NCBI GenBank assembly: GCA_038140435.1
Contig: JAYQGE010000003.1
Span: 357 to 64,356 of the forward strand
DNA: 64,000 nt
From: Rhodospirillaceae bacterium
Lineage (GTDB): Bacteria; Pseudomonadota; Alphaproteobacteria; UBA6615
Reading direction: 5' to 3'
Under the pieces are notes generated by a model. The model was not told the origin of the DNA, searched no databases, and saw nothing but the letters and a program-made list of their open reading frames with translations. Shown here one piece after another: positions 1 through 10,540 of the stretch; the first letter of the stretch is position 1, and each line of letters starts with the position of its first letter. The position numbers and the translations under genes were made by a program.

Positions 1-963
1 CGGCATCATCACGCAGTGCACCCGGTCGCGTCCCAGCGCATCGACGGCGACGACGGCGGTAATGCCGGAATCGATTCCGCCGGACAGGCCGAGCACCACG
101 CCGGGGAACCCGTTCTTGTTCACATAGTCGCGCAGGCCGAGCACCATCGCCTGGTAGATGCGCTCGCTGCCCTCGACCCAGGTCGCGGTGTCGTCCGCCA
201 CGCAGGACCAGCCGTCCGCGCCGCGCGTCCATTCGGTCAGGACGAGGTCCTCCACGAACTGCTTCGCCGCGGCGGCCATCCGCCGGTCCGCACCGAGCAC
301 GAAGGACCCGCCGTCGAAGACCAGCTCGTCCTGGCCGCCGACCTGATTCACGTAGATCAGCGGCAACTCGGTCTCGGTGACGCGGGCGACGGCGTAGTTC
401 ATGCGCACGTCGACCTTGTCGCGCTCATAGGGGCTGCCGTTGATGATCACGAGGATCTCGGCGCCCGATTCCATCAGGGTCTCGCAGACATCGGGGGTCC
501 ACATGTCCTCGCAGACCGCGAGGCCGAGGCGCACGCCGCGGAAATTCACCGGCCCCGGCAGCTCGCCCGCCTTGAAGATGCGCTTCTCGTCGAACACGCC
601 GTAGTTCGGCAGGTCCCACTTGTAGCGGACGGTCTGAACCTTGCCGTCGTCGAGCACGGCGGCGGCGTTGTAGCGGTTGCCGGCGTCGTCGAACCAGGGC
701 GTCCCGACGATGAGACCCGGCCCGCCGTCCGCGGTCTCCGCCGCCAACGCCTCGACCGCATCCATCACCGCGCGCACGAATGCATTCTTGAGGATCAGGT
801 CCTCGGGCGGGTAACCGGTGACGCAGAGTTCGGTGCCGATGACCAGATCGGCGCCCGCACCGGCCCCGGCGAGCCTCGCCGCGCGAATCTTCGCGATATT
901 GCCGTCGATATCACCGACAACCGGGTTCAACTGCGCGAGGGTAATTTTGAGACTGTCGGTCAT
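1..963 (-). CDS. nadE: Glutamine-dependent NAD+ synthetase (N-terminal CN-hydrolase domain plus start of NAD-synthase domain); 3' part lies outside the window
   Basis: Reverse-strand translation from ATG (rc) at 961-963 reads MTDSLKITLAQLNPVVGDIDGN...GLSGGIDSGITAVVAVDALG, typical of NadE (carbon-nitrogen hydrolase domain followed by the SGGIDS PP-loop motif). It runs off the window edge in frame. Confidence 0.85.
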   Translation of the reverse strand, partial: MTDSLKITLAQLNPVVGDIDGNIAKIRAARLAGAGAGADLVIGTELCVTGYPPEDLILKNAFVRAVMDAVEALAAETADGGPGLIVGTPWFDDAGNRYNAAAVLDDGKVQTVRYKWDLPNYGVFDEKRIFKAGELPGPVNFRGVRLGLAVCEDMWTPDVCETLMESGAEILVIINGSPYERDKVDVRMNYAVARVTETELPLIYVNQVGGQDELVFDGGSFVLGADRRMAAAAKQFVEDLVLTEWTRGADGWSCVADDTATWVEGSERIYQAMVLGLRDYVNKNGFPGVVLGLSGGIDSGITAVVAVDALGRDRVHCVMMP

Positions 964-1035
964 GGTCGGAAACCGGGCCGGGGTGGAACGCGGCGGACGG
1001 TAGGCACCACGCCGCGGAGTGTCAACGCGAGCGGA

Positions 1036-1356
1036 TCAGTCGCGATACTCGAACAGGATATCCTTGGCCATCCCGTCGAGCTTGTTGGTGGTCAGGACAC
1101 GAGCAATATGGCGGCTGCGGAAGCTCGCCTGCAGGACCTCCTGCTCGGTCAGCCCGACCCGCGCCACCAGATGCAGCATGGATCGCTGGCCCTTGTCCTT
1201 ACCCGCATCGCGCTCGGCCTTCAGGTAGCTCTCCAGCCGAAGCCGCTTGGCGCAGCGCTCGACGACGTACCAGGCCGATCCGGCAAACGCGACAACCGCC
1301 GTCACGATCGCCGCGATGTTTGCCAGCAGGCCGAGCCAGTTGGGGGGATCCTCCAT
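1036..1356 (-). CDS. Small hypothetical membrane protein (one predicted N-terminal TM helix, about 107 aa)
   Basis: In-frame ATG within ORF 1036..1527(-) gives MEDPPNWLGLLANIAAIVTAVVAFAGSAWYVV..., a hydrophobic helix followed by a charged soluble tail. No recognisable family. Confidence 0.4.
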   Translation of the reverse strand: MEDPPNWLGLLANIAAIVTAVVAFAGSAWYVVERCAKRLRLESYLKAERDAGKDKGQRSMLHLVARVGLTEQEVLQASFRSRHIARVLTTNKLDGMAKDILFEYRD

Positions 1357-1367
1357 AAGATGGGCGG

Positions 1368-2574
1368 CTAGCGGCGGAGCAGGAACTCGCGGCCGACCTT
1401 GACCCGCTTGGTACCGCCATATTCCACGATGTCGGACGTGGCGTAGGTCTCCTGCCAGTCGCCGGGCAGGAAGGAACCGGTGCCGATGGCGTCGATGGGC
1501 ACATCCGCCGCCGCCATCACCTTGCACTTCTCGGGCCCGAAGCCCGAGGACGCGACGATCTTCGCACCCTCGAAACCGCCTTCGTCCAGGCGTTCACGCA
1601 GGTGCCAGATCGCGGCTGCGGACACGCCCCCGCCGATCAGGTGGCGCAGCTCGCCCTCGGTTCGATAGCCGCGGATCGCATCGGGCGCGTGCCGCTCGAG
1701 CACCGCGTAGCTCTGGGACGGGTCGATGCCCTCGATGTAGCGCCCGCCCGGGGTGTCGAGGCGGAGCGAGAGCTTGCCCGCCTTCACCAGGTCGGGGAAA
1801 CGCCGACAGACCTCGAGGCTGTCCGACACCTCGCGGCCGAAATAGTCGACCAACACGGTCAGCGGCTCGTCCGGATGGGTCTCCTGGAACATCTCAGCAG
1901 CGCGGACGGTCGATCCGGCATAGCCGATCAGCGCGTGGGGCATGGTGCCGAGCCCGCGCTCCTGATCAAAGAAATGCGCCGTCGCGTCGGTCGCGTTGCC
2001 GACGAAACCGATCGCACCGACCTTGCGCTTGGCGCGACCGGAGCCGACCGATGCGGCATAGGCCATCATCTCAGCCATGTCCGGTCCGGTGCAGTGGCGC
2101 GCGTCGAAGGCGAGAAAGGCGACATTCGGGAGATCGACGCACATCGCCGCCGCGTTGTAGGCGGCGACGCAGGCCGCGCCGAGCTTCTGCAGGTAAAGCG
2201 TCTCGAGATCGACCAGGTCGTGGAACGAGCCCGAGATGTACATGAGCGGCTCACCGGCGCCGACCCAGCGGCCTTCCTCGAAGCGAAGATCGATGTCGAA
2301 ACTCGCGCCGCGCGCGGCGGCGACGGCCTCGAGCCATTCGAGCGCCAGGCGCGGTGCGGCGATCACCGGGCGGCGCATGAAGACCGCGTAGGTCACCTGC
2401 GTGTCGCCGAACTTGCCGACGATCGCGCGGGTCTTGTTGAAATAGGTGTCGGTCAGCGACGAAATCTCGTCCACGCGCGGGCGCGGTTCCGCCGGACGAC
2501 GAGGAGTCCCGGACTTCACATCGGCGGACTTCACATCATCGGCATTCACGCCGTTGGATTTTACGGTGCCCATA
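1368..2574 (-). CDS. Nicotinate phosphoribosyltransferase-family protein (NAPRTase-like, about 400 aa)
   Basis: ORF 1368..2672(-). Start chosen at MGTVKSNG (ATG rc 2572-2574, GGGGA 4 nt upstream). Protein length and motifs (GTMPHALIGYAG..., phosphoribosyltransferase C-terminal barrel) fit the NAPRTase/NadC superfamily. It is adjacent to nadE. Confidence 0.7.
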
Positions 2575-2643
2575 TCGTCCCCACTGTAGAGGGATGCAGT
2601 TTGGCGCGTCGGCGCCAGATGGGGAAGCCCGATGCGGCGCCGG

Positions 2644-4038
2644 TCAGCCGGCCGCCGCCACCCGGTCGGCATTCTCCGCCGCCGTCAGGTCACGCTGGCG
2701 CTTGAGCCGCTCGGCGATCTGGAAGGCCAGCTCGATCGACTGGCTGGCATTGAGGCGCGGGTCGCAATGGGTGTGGTAGCGGTCGCTGAGGCCTTCCTCG
2801 GTGATCGCCTGGGCACCGCCGATGCATTCGGTCACATCCTGGCCGGTCATCTCGAAATGGACGCCGCCGGCATGGGTTCCCTCGGCGCGATGCACATCGA
2901 AGAAGGTGTCCACCTCCGACAGGATGGCGTCGAAGGCGCGGGTCTTGTAACCGGTCGAGGAGGACACCGTGTTGCCATGCATGGGATCGCACGACCAGAC
3001 GACGTTCCTGCCCTCGCTGGCGACCGCACGAACCAGGCCCGGCAGATGCTCCTCGGCCTTCTCCGCGCCCATGCGGCAGATCAGGGTCAGCCGGCCGGGC
3101 TCGTTCTCCGGGTTCAGGATGTCGGTGAGGCGGAGCAGGTCGTCGATATCGATCGACGGGCCGCATTTCAGGCCGAGCGGGTTCTCGACACCGCTCAGAT
3201 ACTCGACATGGGCACCGTCGGGCTGGCGGGTCCGATCGCCGATCCACAGCATATGGGCCGAGGTGTCGTACCACTTGCCGGTCAGGCTGTCCTGGCGAGT
3301 CAGCGCCTGCTCATAGACCAGCAGCAGCGCCTCATGGCTCGTGTAGAAGTCGGTTTCCGCCATCTGCGGGACGTTCTCGCTGGTCAGCCCGCAGGCGGCC
3401 ATGAATGCGAGGGTCTCGTCGATGCGCGCGCCGAGTTCTTCGAACCTCGCACCCTGGGGGCTCGACTTCACGAAATCGAGGTTCCAGCGATGCACCTGGT
3501 TCAGGTCCGCGAAGCCGCCCTGGGCGAAGGCGCGGAGCAGGTTCAGGGTCGCGGCGGCTTGGTTGTAGGCGCGCAGCATGCGCTCCGGATCGGGCTCGCG
3601 CGTTTCCGGGCTGAAAGCCATGTCGTTGATGATGTCGCCGCGATAGCTCGGCAGCGTCACGCCATCCACCTCCTCGGTCGCCGACGAGCGCGGCTTGGCG
3701 AACTGGCCGGCCAGGCGCCCGACCTTCACCACCGGGCAGGCCGCGCCATAGGTCAGCACCACCGCCATCTGCAGGAGCACCTTGAAGGTGTCGCGGATGT
3801 TGTCGGCGTGGAATTCGGCGAAGCTTTCCGCACAGTCGCCGCCCTGCAGCAGAAAGGCCTTCCCCTCGGCCACCTTGGCCAGCTGCGCGCGCAGGGCGCG
3901 CGCCTCGCCGGCAAACACCAGCGGCGGCTGCTTGCGGAGGTTGTCCTCGACGCGCGCGAGCGCATCCGCGTCCGAATATTCGGGCACCTGCAGGATGTCT
4001 CGGCTGCGCCAGCTATCGGGCTGCCAGTTCTTCGCCAT
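2644..4038 (-). CDS. 3-deoxy-7-phosphoheptulonate (DAHP) synthase, class II (plant/actinobacterial type, about 465 aa)
   Basis: ORF 2644..4119(-), start at [10 protein letters not shown] (ATG rc ending 4038). Strong class II AroA signatures: [16 protein letters not shown], length about 460 aa. Confidence 0.9.
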   Translation of the reverse strand: MAKNWQPDSWRSRDILQVPEYSDADALARVEDNLRKQPPLVFAGEARALRAQLAKVAEGKAFLLQGGDCAESFAEFHADNIRDTFKVLLQMAVVLTYGAACPVVKVGRLAGQFAKPRSSATEEVDGVTLPSYRGDIINDMAFSPETREPDPERMLRAYNQAAATLNLLRAFAQGGFADLNQVHRWNLDFVKSSPQGARFEELGARIDETLAFMAACGLTSENVPQMAETDFYTSHEALLLVYEQALTRQDSLTGKWYDTSAHMLWIGDRTRQPDGAHVEYLSGVENPLGLKCGPSIDIDDLLRLTDILNPENEPGRLTLICRMGAEKAEEHLPGLVRAVASEGRNVVWSCDPMHGNTVSSSTGYKTRAFDAILSEVDTFFDVHRAEGTHAGGVHFEMTGQDVTECIGGAQAITEEGLSDRYHTHCDPRLNASQSIELAFQIAERLKRQRDLTAAENADRVAAAG

Positions 4039-4190
4039 ATCGGTCTCCGGACCGGCGTCGCGAGACGTCCGTTCCGTCCATCTGTTCGTTTTCCAGGTCG
4101 CACATACGCGCGGGGCCATGGCTATAGGCCGTCAGGCGCGCAAAATCCAGCGATTATCGCGCGAATTCAATGCGGTACCGACATCCCGGC

Positions 4191-5567
4191 CTACTCGGCG
4201 GCTTCCGGCACTGGCTCGGGGACCGGCTCGCGCATGGTCACGAACTCCTCGGCCGCCGTCGGGTGGATACCGATGGTGGAGTCGAACACGGCCTTGGTGG
4301 CGCCCGCCTTGAGCGCGATGGCGATGCCCTGGATGATCTCGCCCGCATCGGGCCCGATCATGTGCACGCCAACGACCCGGTCCGTCTTCTTGTCCACGAT
4401 CATCTTCATGAGCGTCTGCTCCTCACGGCCCGAGATCGTGTTCTTGAGCGCCCGGAAACTGCTCTTGAAGATCAGGACCTCATCGAATTCCTCGCGCGCC
4501 TCCGCCTCGGACATGCCGACCGTGCCGATCGGCGGCTGGCTGAACACAGCCGTCGCGATGTTCTCGTAGTCCACCGTCGTCGGCGCGTCGTTGTAGAGGG
4601 TCTTGGCGAGCGCCGTGCCCTCTGCCAGCGCCACCGGGGTGAGCTGGAAGCGGTCGATGATGTCGCCAATCGCGTAGATCGACGGCACGGATGTCTGGAA
4701 ATGGTCATCGACGACGACCGCACCGTTCTCCTTGAGCTCGACGCCCGCTTCTTCAAGCCCGAGCCCGGTCACCTTGGGCCGGCGGCCGATGGCGGACATC
4801 ACGCAGTCGGTGTCGATGGCGCTGCCGTCGGACAGATGCACGCGATAGCCTTCATCCGCCTTCTCGACCCGCTCGAAGGTGGTCTCGAACTTCAGGTTGA
4901 TGCCCTGCTTCTCCATTTCGCTCGCGAGATGGGCGCGGATGTCGTCGTCGAAGCCGCGCATGAACATCGGCCCGCGATAGACCAGGGTCACGTCGGCGCC
5001 GAGGCCGTTGAAGATGCCCGCGAACTCGACGGCGATGTAGCCGCCGCCCTCGATCACGACGCTCTGCGGGAACGCGTCGAGATAGAAGGCTTCGTTGGAG
5101 GTGATGACATGCTCGCCGCCCTCGTAGGACAGGTCGGTCGGCCAGCTGCCCGCCGCGACCAGGATTCGTTCCGCGGTATAGGTCTTGTCGCCGACCGCGA
5201 CCGTGTGCGCATCGACGACCGTCGCGCGACCGTCGATGACGTCGCAGCCGGAATTCTCGAGCAGGCGCTGGTAGATGCCGTTCAGCCGCGAGATTTCCTT
5301 GTCCTTGTTCTCCACGAGCGTGCGCCAGTTGTGGGCGCGCGGACCCACGGTCCAGCCGAAGCCTGCCGCGTCCTCGAAATCCTCGTGATAGTGCGCGGCA
5401 TAGACGAACAGCTTCTTGGGAATGCAGCCCACATTCACGCAGGTGCCGCCCATGTGGCGGTCTTCCGCGACGGCCACTTTCGCGCCGAAACCGGCGGAAA
5501 ACCGGGCTGCGCGCACGCCGCCGGAACCGGCACCGATGACAAACAGGTCGTAATCGTAGTCGCTCAC
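4191..5567 (-). CDS. gor: Glutathione-disulfide reductase
   Basis: 458 aa. N-terminal FAD motif DLFVIGAGSGG, redox-active GGTCVNVGCIPKK, C-terminal dimerisation domain with the HPTAAEE motif. Confidence 0.92.
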   Translation of the reverse strand: MSDYDYDLFVIGAGSGGVRAARFSAGFGAKVAVAEDRHMGGTCVNVGCIPKKLFVYAAHYHEDFEDAAGFGWTVGPRAHNWRTLVENKDKEISRLNGIYQRLLENSGCDVIDGRATVVDAHTVAVGDKTYTAERILVAAGSWPTDLSYEGGEHVITSNEAFYLDAFPQSVVIEGGGYIAVEFAGIFNGLGADVTLVYRGPMFMRGFDDDIRAHLASEMEKQGINLKFETTFERVEKADEGYRVHLSDGSAIDTDCVMSAIGRRPKVTGLGLEEAGVELKENGAVVVDDHFQTSVPSIYAIGDIIDRFQLTPVALAEGTALAKTLYNDAPTTVDYENIATAVFSQPPIGTVGMSEAEAREEFDEVLIFKSSFRALKNTISGREEQTLMKMIVDKKTDRVVGVHMIGPDAGEIIQGIAIALKAGATKAVFDSTIGIHPTAAEEFVTMREPVPEPVPEAAE

Positions 5568-5724
5568 GGATCGTCTCTCTTTCGCGATGAAGTCGCGTGT
5601 TACTTAGCGCGCACCGCCGGAAAAGCAAACGAACAACGGTCACAGCAGTTTGCGCGCGCGGGCGCAAAGGCTAACGTCCGGGACGGCCGTCCGGCCTTCC
5701 CTGTGTCCAACGGACTCCCGAGAC

Positions 5725-6540
5725 ATGACCGAAATCATCGCGATCTACATCGCCGCGGGCGTGTTCTCCGGCTTCGTGTCGGGGCTGTTCGGGGTCGGCG
5801 GCGCGCTGGCGCTGGCACCGGCGCTGATCATCACCCTGACGATCCAGGAAGTGAGCGAGGTACACGTGATGCACCTGACGATCGCGACCTCGCTCGCGAC
5901 CCAGGTCTTCACATCGGCCCTCACGACCTATCTGCGCCACCGGGCGGGCGATCTGCTCTGGCCGCTCGTCGGCCGGCTCGCACCGTTTGTCGCCGTGGGC
6001 GCGGTGATCGGCGCGGCCATCGGCGACGCGCTGCCGGGAATCGTGCTCCAGGTCATGTTCATCGGGTTCGTCGCACTGTCGATCCTCCGGGTGCTGGCAC
6101 AACAGAGCCGCCGCACGGTTTCCGGCACCAGCCACGACCCGTCGGTCGCGCGCGGTCCCGCCGTCTGGTTTCTGGCGACCCTGTCGGGGGCGTCGGGCGG
6201 CGTGCTGGGCCCCGGCCCGGCGATCCTGCTGGCGCCGCAGCTACGCCGGTTCGACCTGGCGATGCCGGTGGTCGCGGCAGCCAATGCGTTTCTCGCCGGG
6301 CTGGTCGGCGTGATGGCGGTCGGCGGCTATATCGTCGGCGGCTTCGACGAGGCGGGGCTGCCGGCGCACGCGCTGGGCTATCTCTACCTGCCCGGGTTCG
6401 CGGCCCTGACGGTGGGCGCGCTCGCGGGCTCGCCCCTCGGCATCCGCTTCTCCCACGCCGTACGCGACCGCACCCAGACCTGGCTGTTCATCGGATATCT
6501 GTCGGCAGTGCTCGCAATCATGGTCTATCATACGGCCTGA
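5725..6540 (+). CDS. TauE/SafE (DUF81) family sulfite/anion exporter-like permease, paralog 1
   Basis: 272 aa from ATG 5725 within ORF 5650..6540. Repeated 4-TM halves with GxxxGxxGxGGG motifs typical of TauE/SafE. Confidence 0.8.
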   Translation: MTEIIAIYIAAGVFSGFVSGLFGVGGALALAPALIITLTIQEVSEVHVMHLTIATSLATQVFTSALTTYLRHRAGDLLWPLVGRLAPFVAVGAVIGAAIGDALPGIVLQVMFIGFVALSILRVLAQQSRRTVSGTSHDPSVARGPAVWFLATLSGASGGVLGPGPAILLAPQLRRFDLAMPVVAAANAFLAGLVGVMAVGGYIVGGFDEAGLPAHALGYLYLPGFAALTVGALAGSPLGIRFSHAVRDRTQTWLFIGYLSAVLAIMVYHTA

Positions 6541-6559
6541 TCGCGTTCCCCAGGCTTCC

Positions 6560-7375
6560 ATGCTTTACGAAATCATCCTCATCTATTTCTTGACCGGCGC
6601 GCTCGCCGGCTTCGTCTCGGGCATGTTCGGCGTCGGCGGCGCCTTCACGATGGCGCCGATCCTGATCATCGGCCTGCCGATCCAGGGCGTGCCCGACCAC
6701 CACGTAATGCATATCTCCGTGGGCACCTCGCTGGCGGTGATGTTCACCACCTCGGCCTATGTGGCGATCCTCCGCTACCGGATCGGCGACCTGCAGATCC
6801 CGATGACGCTTCGCTTCGTCCCCTACATCGTGATCGGGGCGGTGGGCGGCTCGCTGTTCGGTGACTATCTGCCGGGCGACATCCTGAAGGCGATCTTCAT
6901 GGGCTTCCTGGTGCTGACCATCGTCCGGGGCGTCTTCTACAAGGGACATGAAGCAGTCGCGGCCGGCGGTGACATCGAGGATGTGCGCGGCCCCGGCCTG
7001 TGGTCGCACGGCGTCCTGACCGGCATCACCGGCTCGCTGCTCGGCCCCGGTCCGGCGATCATCATCGGTCCCTACCTGCGCAAGCGCCGCTACTCGATGG
7101 CCATGGTCGCCGCCAGCGCCTCGGCGCTCGCGGGGCTGCTCGGCCTGTCGGCGACGGGGGGCTATGTCTATGGCGGGTTCGGCGAGACCGGACTGCCCGC
7201 ATTTTCGCTCGGCTTCCTCTACCTGCCGGCGGCCGCGGGCCTCGCCGCGGGCGCGCTGGTGGGCTCGCCTTTCGGGATTCGGGCCTCGCACCGCATTCCG
7301 GACCTGCTGGTCCACCGGATGTTCACCGGCTACGTGGCGTTTATTCTCGCGGTGATGCTGATCTGGGGCAGCTAG
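6560..7375 (+). CDS. TauE/SafE (DUF81) family permease, paralog 2 (tandem with 5725..6540)
   Basis: 271 aa, same architecture and motif positions as the upstream paralog (FVSGMFGVGGA..., HHVMHISVGTSLA...). 19-nt gap to the upstream gene. Confidence 0.8.
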   Translation: MLYEIILIYFLTGALAGFVSGMFGVGGAFTMAPILIIGLPIQGVPDHHVMHISVGTSLAVMFTTSAYVAILRYRIGDLQIPMTLRFVPYIVIGAVGGSLFGDYLPGDILKAIFMGFLVLTIVRGVFYKGHEAVAAGGDIEDVRGPGLWSHGVLTGITGSLLGPGPAIIIGPYLRKRRYSMAMVAASASALAGLLGLSATGGYVYGGFGETGLPAFSLGFLYLPAAAGLAAGALVGSPFGIRASHRIPDLLVHRMFTGYVAFILAVMLIWGS

Positions 7376-7378
7376 CCC

Positions 7379-9202
7379 CTACTCGACGGTCACGCTCTTG
7401 GCGAGGTTGCGCGGCTGGTCCACATCCGTGCCCTTCACCACCGCCGTATGATAGGCGAGGAGCTGGATCGGGATCGCATACAGGAGTGGCGCGACGAAGG
7501 GATCGACAGCGGGCATCTCGACCGCGGCGAAGGCCTTGTCGGCCAGCTTGGCGAGGCCCGAACGGTCGGACATGAACACCACCTTGCCGCCGCGCGCGAT
7601 CACCTCCTCGACGTTCGAGAGCGTCTTGTCGAACAATTCGTCGTTGGGCGCGAGCACGATCACGGGCACGGCCTCGTCAATCAGCGCGATGGGACCGTGC
7701 TTCATCTCGCCGGCGGCGTATCCCTCGGCATGGATGTAGGAAATTTCCTTGAGCTTGAGTGCGCCTTCCATGGCGATCGGGAAGGCCGTTCCGCGCCCGA
7801 GATAGAGCACGTCGCGCGCCTTCGCGACGTCACGGGCGATCTCGCGCAGCGCCTCGTCATGGTTCAGCACCTCGGTCATCCGTGACGGCACCTCGGTCAG
7901 CGCACCGGCCAGCGCCGCAGCGCCCGCATCGTCGATGGCACCCCGTGCCCGGGCGGCGGCGATCGCGAAGCAGGCGAGCACGGCGAGCTGGGTGGTGAAC
8001 GCCTTTGTGGAAGCGACACCGATCTCGGGGCCGGCGAGCGTCGGCAGGACCACATCGGATTCCCGCGCGATCGAGCTCTCGCCCACATTCACCACCGAGA
8101 CGATCTTCTGGCCCTGGTCGCGGCAGTGGCGGAGCGCGGCGAGCGTGTCGGCGGTCTCGCCCGACTGGCTGACGAACAGCGCCACCCCGCCCTCGGGCAG
8201 CGGCGCCTCGCGGTAGCGGAACTCCGACGCGATGTCGATTTCGACAGGGATACGCGCCACCTTCTCAAGCCAGTATTTCGCGACCCAGCCGGCGTAACAC
8301 GCGGTGCCGCAGGCCACGACGGTGATCCGCGGCACGGTGGCGAGGTCGAAAGGCATTTCCGGCAGGCTGATTTCGCGCGTGGTCGCGTTGATGAAGGACT
8401 GGAGCGTGTCCCCGACGACAGCCGGCTGCTCGAAGATTTCCTTCTGCATGAAATGGTCGTAGTTGCCCTTGCCGATCAGCGCGCCGGAGAGCTCTGTCTC
8501 CCGGACCGGCCGGTCCACCTCCGCGCCCGTCTCGTCAAAGACACGAGCGCCGGTGCGGGTGATCTCGGCCCAGTCGCCCTCTTCGAGATAACAGATGCGC
8601 TTGGTGAGCGGCGCGAGCGCCAGCGCGTCGGAGCCGATGAACATCTCGCCGTCGCCATAGCCGATTGCCAGCGGACTGCCCCGGCGCGCGCCCACCATCA
8701 GGTCGTGCTCGCCGGCGAACACGATGGCCAGCGCGAACGCGCCCTGGAGGCGCGGCAGGGTCTCGGCCACCGCCTGCTTGGGCGACGCCCCGGCTTCAAG
8801 CTGCCGGGTCAGGAGCGCAGCGATCGCCTCGGTGTCGGTGTCGCTCTCGAAGTTGTGGCCGTCGGCCGCCAGCTCGGCGCGCAGTTCCTGGAAATTCTCG
8901 ATGATGCCGTTGTGGACCACCGCGACCCGGGACGTCGCATGGGGATGTGCGTTGCTCTCGTTGGGAACACCATGGGTCGCCCAGCGGGTGTGACCGATGC
9001 CGGCGTCGCCGTCGAGCGGGTCGTCCTCGAGGATCGCCGCAAGGTTGGCGAGCTTGCCCTCGGCCCGGCGGCGGTGGATCGAGCCGTTCACCAGTGTCGC
9101 AATGCCGGCGGAATCGTAGCCGCGATACTCGAGCCGCTTCAGCCCCTCGATCAGCCGCGGCGCAGCGTCGTCGGAGCCCAGAATGCCGATGATCCCGCAC
9201 AT
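7379..9202 (-). CDS. glmS: Glutamine--fructose-6-phosphate aminotransferase (isomerising)
   Basis: 607 aa, N-terminal MCGIIG Ntn-amidotransferase nucleophile, two SIS domains, C-terminal ...KSVTVE. Confidence 0.95.
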   Translation of the reverse strand: MCGIIGILGSDDAAPRLIEGLKRLEYRGYDSAGIATLVNGSIHRRRAEGKLANLAAILEDDPLDGDAGIGHTRWATHGVPNESNAHPHATSRVAVVHNGIIENFQELRAELAADGHNFESDTDTEAIAALLTRQLEAGASPKQAVAETLPRLQGAFALAIVFAGEHDLMVGARRGSPLAIGYGDGEMFIGSDALALAPLTKRICYLEEGDWAEITRTGARVFDETGAEVDRPVRETELSGALIGKGNYDHFMQKEIFEQPAVVGDTLQSFINATTREISLPEMPFDLATVPRITVVACGTACYAGWVAKYWLEKVARIPVEIDIASEFRYREAPLPEGGVALFVSQSGETADTLAALRHCRDQGQKIVSVVNVGESSIARESDVVLPTLAGPEIGVASTKAFTTQLAVLACFAIAAARARGAIDDAGAAALAGALTEVPSRMTEVLNHDEALREIARDVAKARDVLYLGRGTAFPIAMEGALKLKEISYIHAEGYAAGEMKHGPIALIDEAVPVIVLAPNDELFDKTLSNVEEVIARGGKVVFMSDRSGLAKLADKAFAAVEMPAVDPFVAPLLYAIPIQLLAYHTAVVKGTDVDQPRNLAKSVTVE

Positions 9203-9208
9203 GGACGC

Positions 9209-10540
9209 CTAGCCCTTCGACTTGAGCTTGCGGAACCGGGCCGCCCAGCCGGTCTTCGTAACCTGCTCGGCCCGCTCGATGGCAAGCGCGTCACCCGCCA
9301 CGTCGTGGGAAATCGTGCTGCCCGCCGCGACGATGGCGCCGTCACCGATGGTGACCGGCGCGACCAGGGCCGAGTTCGACCCGATGAACGCCCCCGCGCC
9401 GATATTGGTCTCGTACTTGCCGAAGCCGTCATAGTTGCAGGTGATGGTGCCCGCGCCGATATTCGCGCCGGCGCCGACATGCGCATCGCCGATGTAGGAC
9501 AGGTGGTTGGCCTTCGCGCCCGCGCCCAGGTCCGCGTTCTTGATCTCGACGAAATTGCCCACCCGGGCGCCGGCGCCGATATGCGCGCCCGGCCGGAGCC
9601 GCGCATAGGGGCCGACGACCGCGTCCGCCGCGACCACCGCACCTTCCAGGTGGCTGAATGCGCGGATGCGCGCACCGTCGGCGACGCGCACGCCCGGGCC
9701 AAAGACGACGTTCGGCTCCACGACCACGTCGCGGCCCAGCTCGGTGTCGTGGTGGAACCAGACCGTGCCCGGGTCGATCAGCGTCGCGCCGCCCTCGAGC
9801 GCTTGTGCGCGCAGCGCGTCCTGCACCACGGCCTCCGCGATCGCGAGATCGGCGCGGGAATTCACCCCGAGGAGTTCCTCCTCCGCGCCCTCGACCACCG
9901 CGGCGGCGTGCCCGTCGGCGCGCGCCAGCGCAACGGTCTCGGTCAGGTAGTACTCGTTCTTGGCGTTGTTCGTATCGAGACGGTCGAGCAGCCCGACCAG
10001 GTGCCGCCCGTCGAACGCCATCACGCCGGAATTGCAGAGATTGACCTCCAGCTCCTCGGGCGAGGCGTCCTTGGCCTCGACGATCGCCTCGAGCCCGCCG
10101 TCGGCGTTGGTGATCAGGCGGCCATACTGGTGGAAATGGCTCGGCCGGAAACCGAGGACGGACACCGCCACGCCGTCCGCACAGGCCGCCGCCGCGCGGC
10201 GCATGGTGTCGACAGTGACCAATGGCGTGTCGCCATAGAGAACCAGCACCGTGTCCTCGAAGCCTTCGAGTGCCGCGCGCGCGGCCTTTACCGCGCCGCC
10301 TGTGCCGTTGCGTTCGGCCTGGACGCAGGTCGGATGGGGCGCGACCGCGTCGCGGACCCGGTCCATGTCCGGGCCGATGACGACGACGATCCGCTCCGGC
10401 GACAGCTCCGACGCAGTCGCCAGCAGATGCGCGATCATCGGCCGCCCGGCGACCGGGTGCATCACCTTCGGCAGGTCGGACCGCATGCGCGTTCCTTTCC
10501 CGGCGGCAAGCACCACTATGGCAAGCGGGGTATCGGTCAT
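9209..10540 (-). CDS. glmU: Bifunctional UDP-N-acetylglucosamine pyrophosphorylase / glucosamine-1-phosphate N-acetyltransferase
   Basis: ORF 9209..10639(-), start at MTDTPLAIVVLAAGKGTRM (ATG rc ending 10540). N-terminal nucleotidyltransferase motif LAAGKGTRM and C-terminal left-handed beta-helix hexapeptide repeats. Confidence 0.9.
   Translation of the reverse strand: MTDTPLAIVVLAAGKGTRMRSDLPKVMHPVAGRPMIAHLLATASELSPERIVVVIGPDMDRVRDAVAPHPTCVQAERNGTGGAVKAARAALEGFEDTVLVLYGDTPLVTVDTMRRAAAACADGVAVSVLGFRPSHFHQYGRLITNADGGLEAIVEAKDASPEELEVNLCNSGVMAFDGRHLVGLLDRLDTNNAKNEYYLTETVALARADGHAAAVVEGAEEELLGVNSRADLAIAEAVVQDALRAQALEGGATLIDPGTVWFHHDTELGRDVVVEPNVVFGPGVRVADGARIRAFSHLEGAVVAADAVVGPYARLRPGAHIGAGARVGNFVEIKNADLGAGAKANHLSYIGDAHVGAGANIGAGTITCNYDGFGKYETNIGAGAFIGSNSALVAPVTIGDGAIVAAGSTISHDVAGDALAIERAEQVTKTGWAARFRKLKSKG

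Noticed and set aside
16-1371. 451-aa plus-strand ORF at the window start
   Set aside because: Antisense to nadE, whose minus-strand translation carries unmistakable NAD-synthetase motifs. The plus-strand product is low-complexity.
9203-9215. glmS ribozyme / riboswitch upstream of glmS
   Set aside because: glmS starts 6 bp after glmU ends in an operon, so there is no leader. The glmS ribozyme is essentially a Firmicutes feature and no matching core is present.
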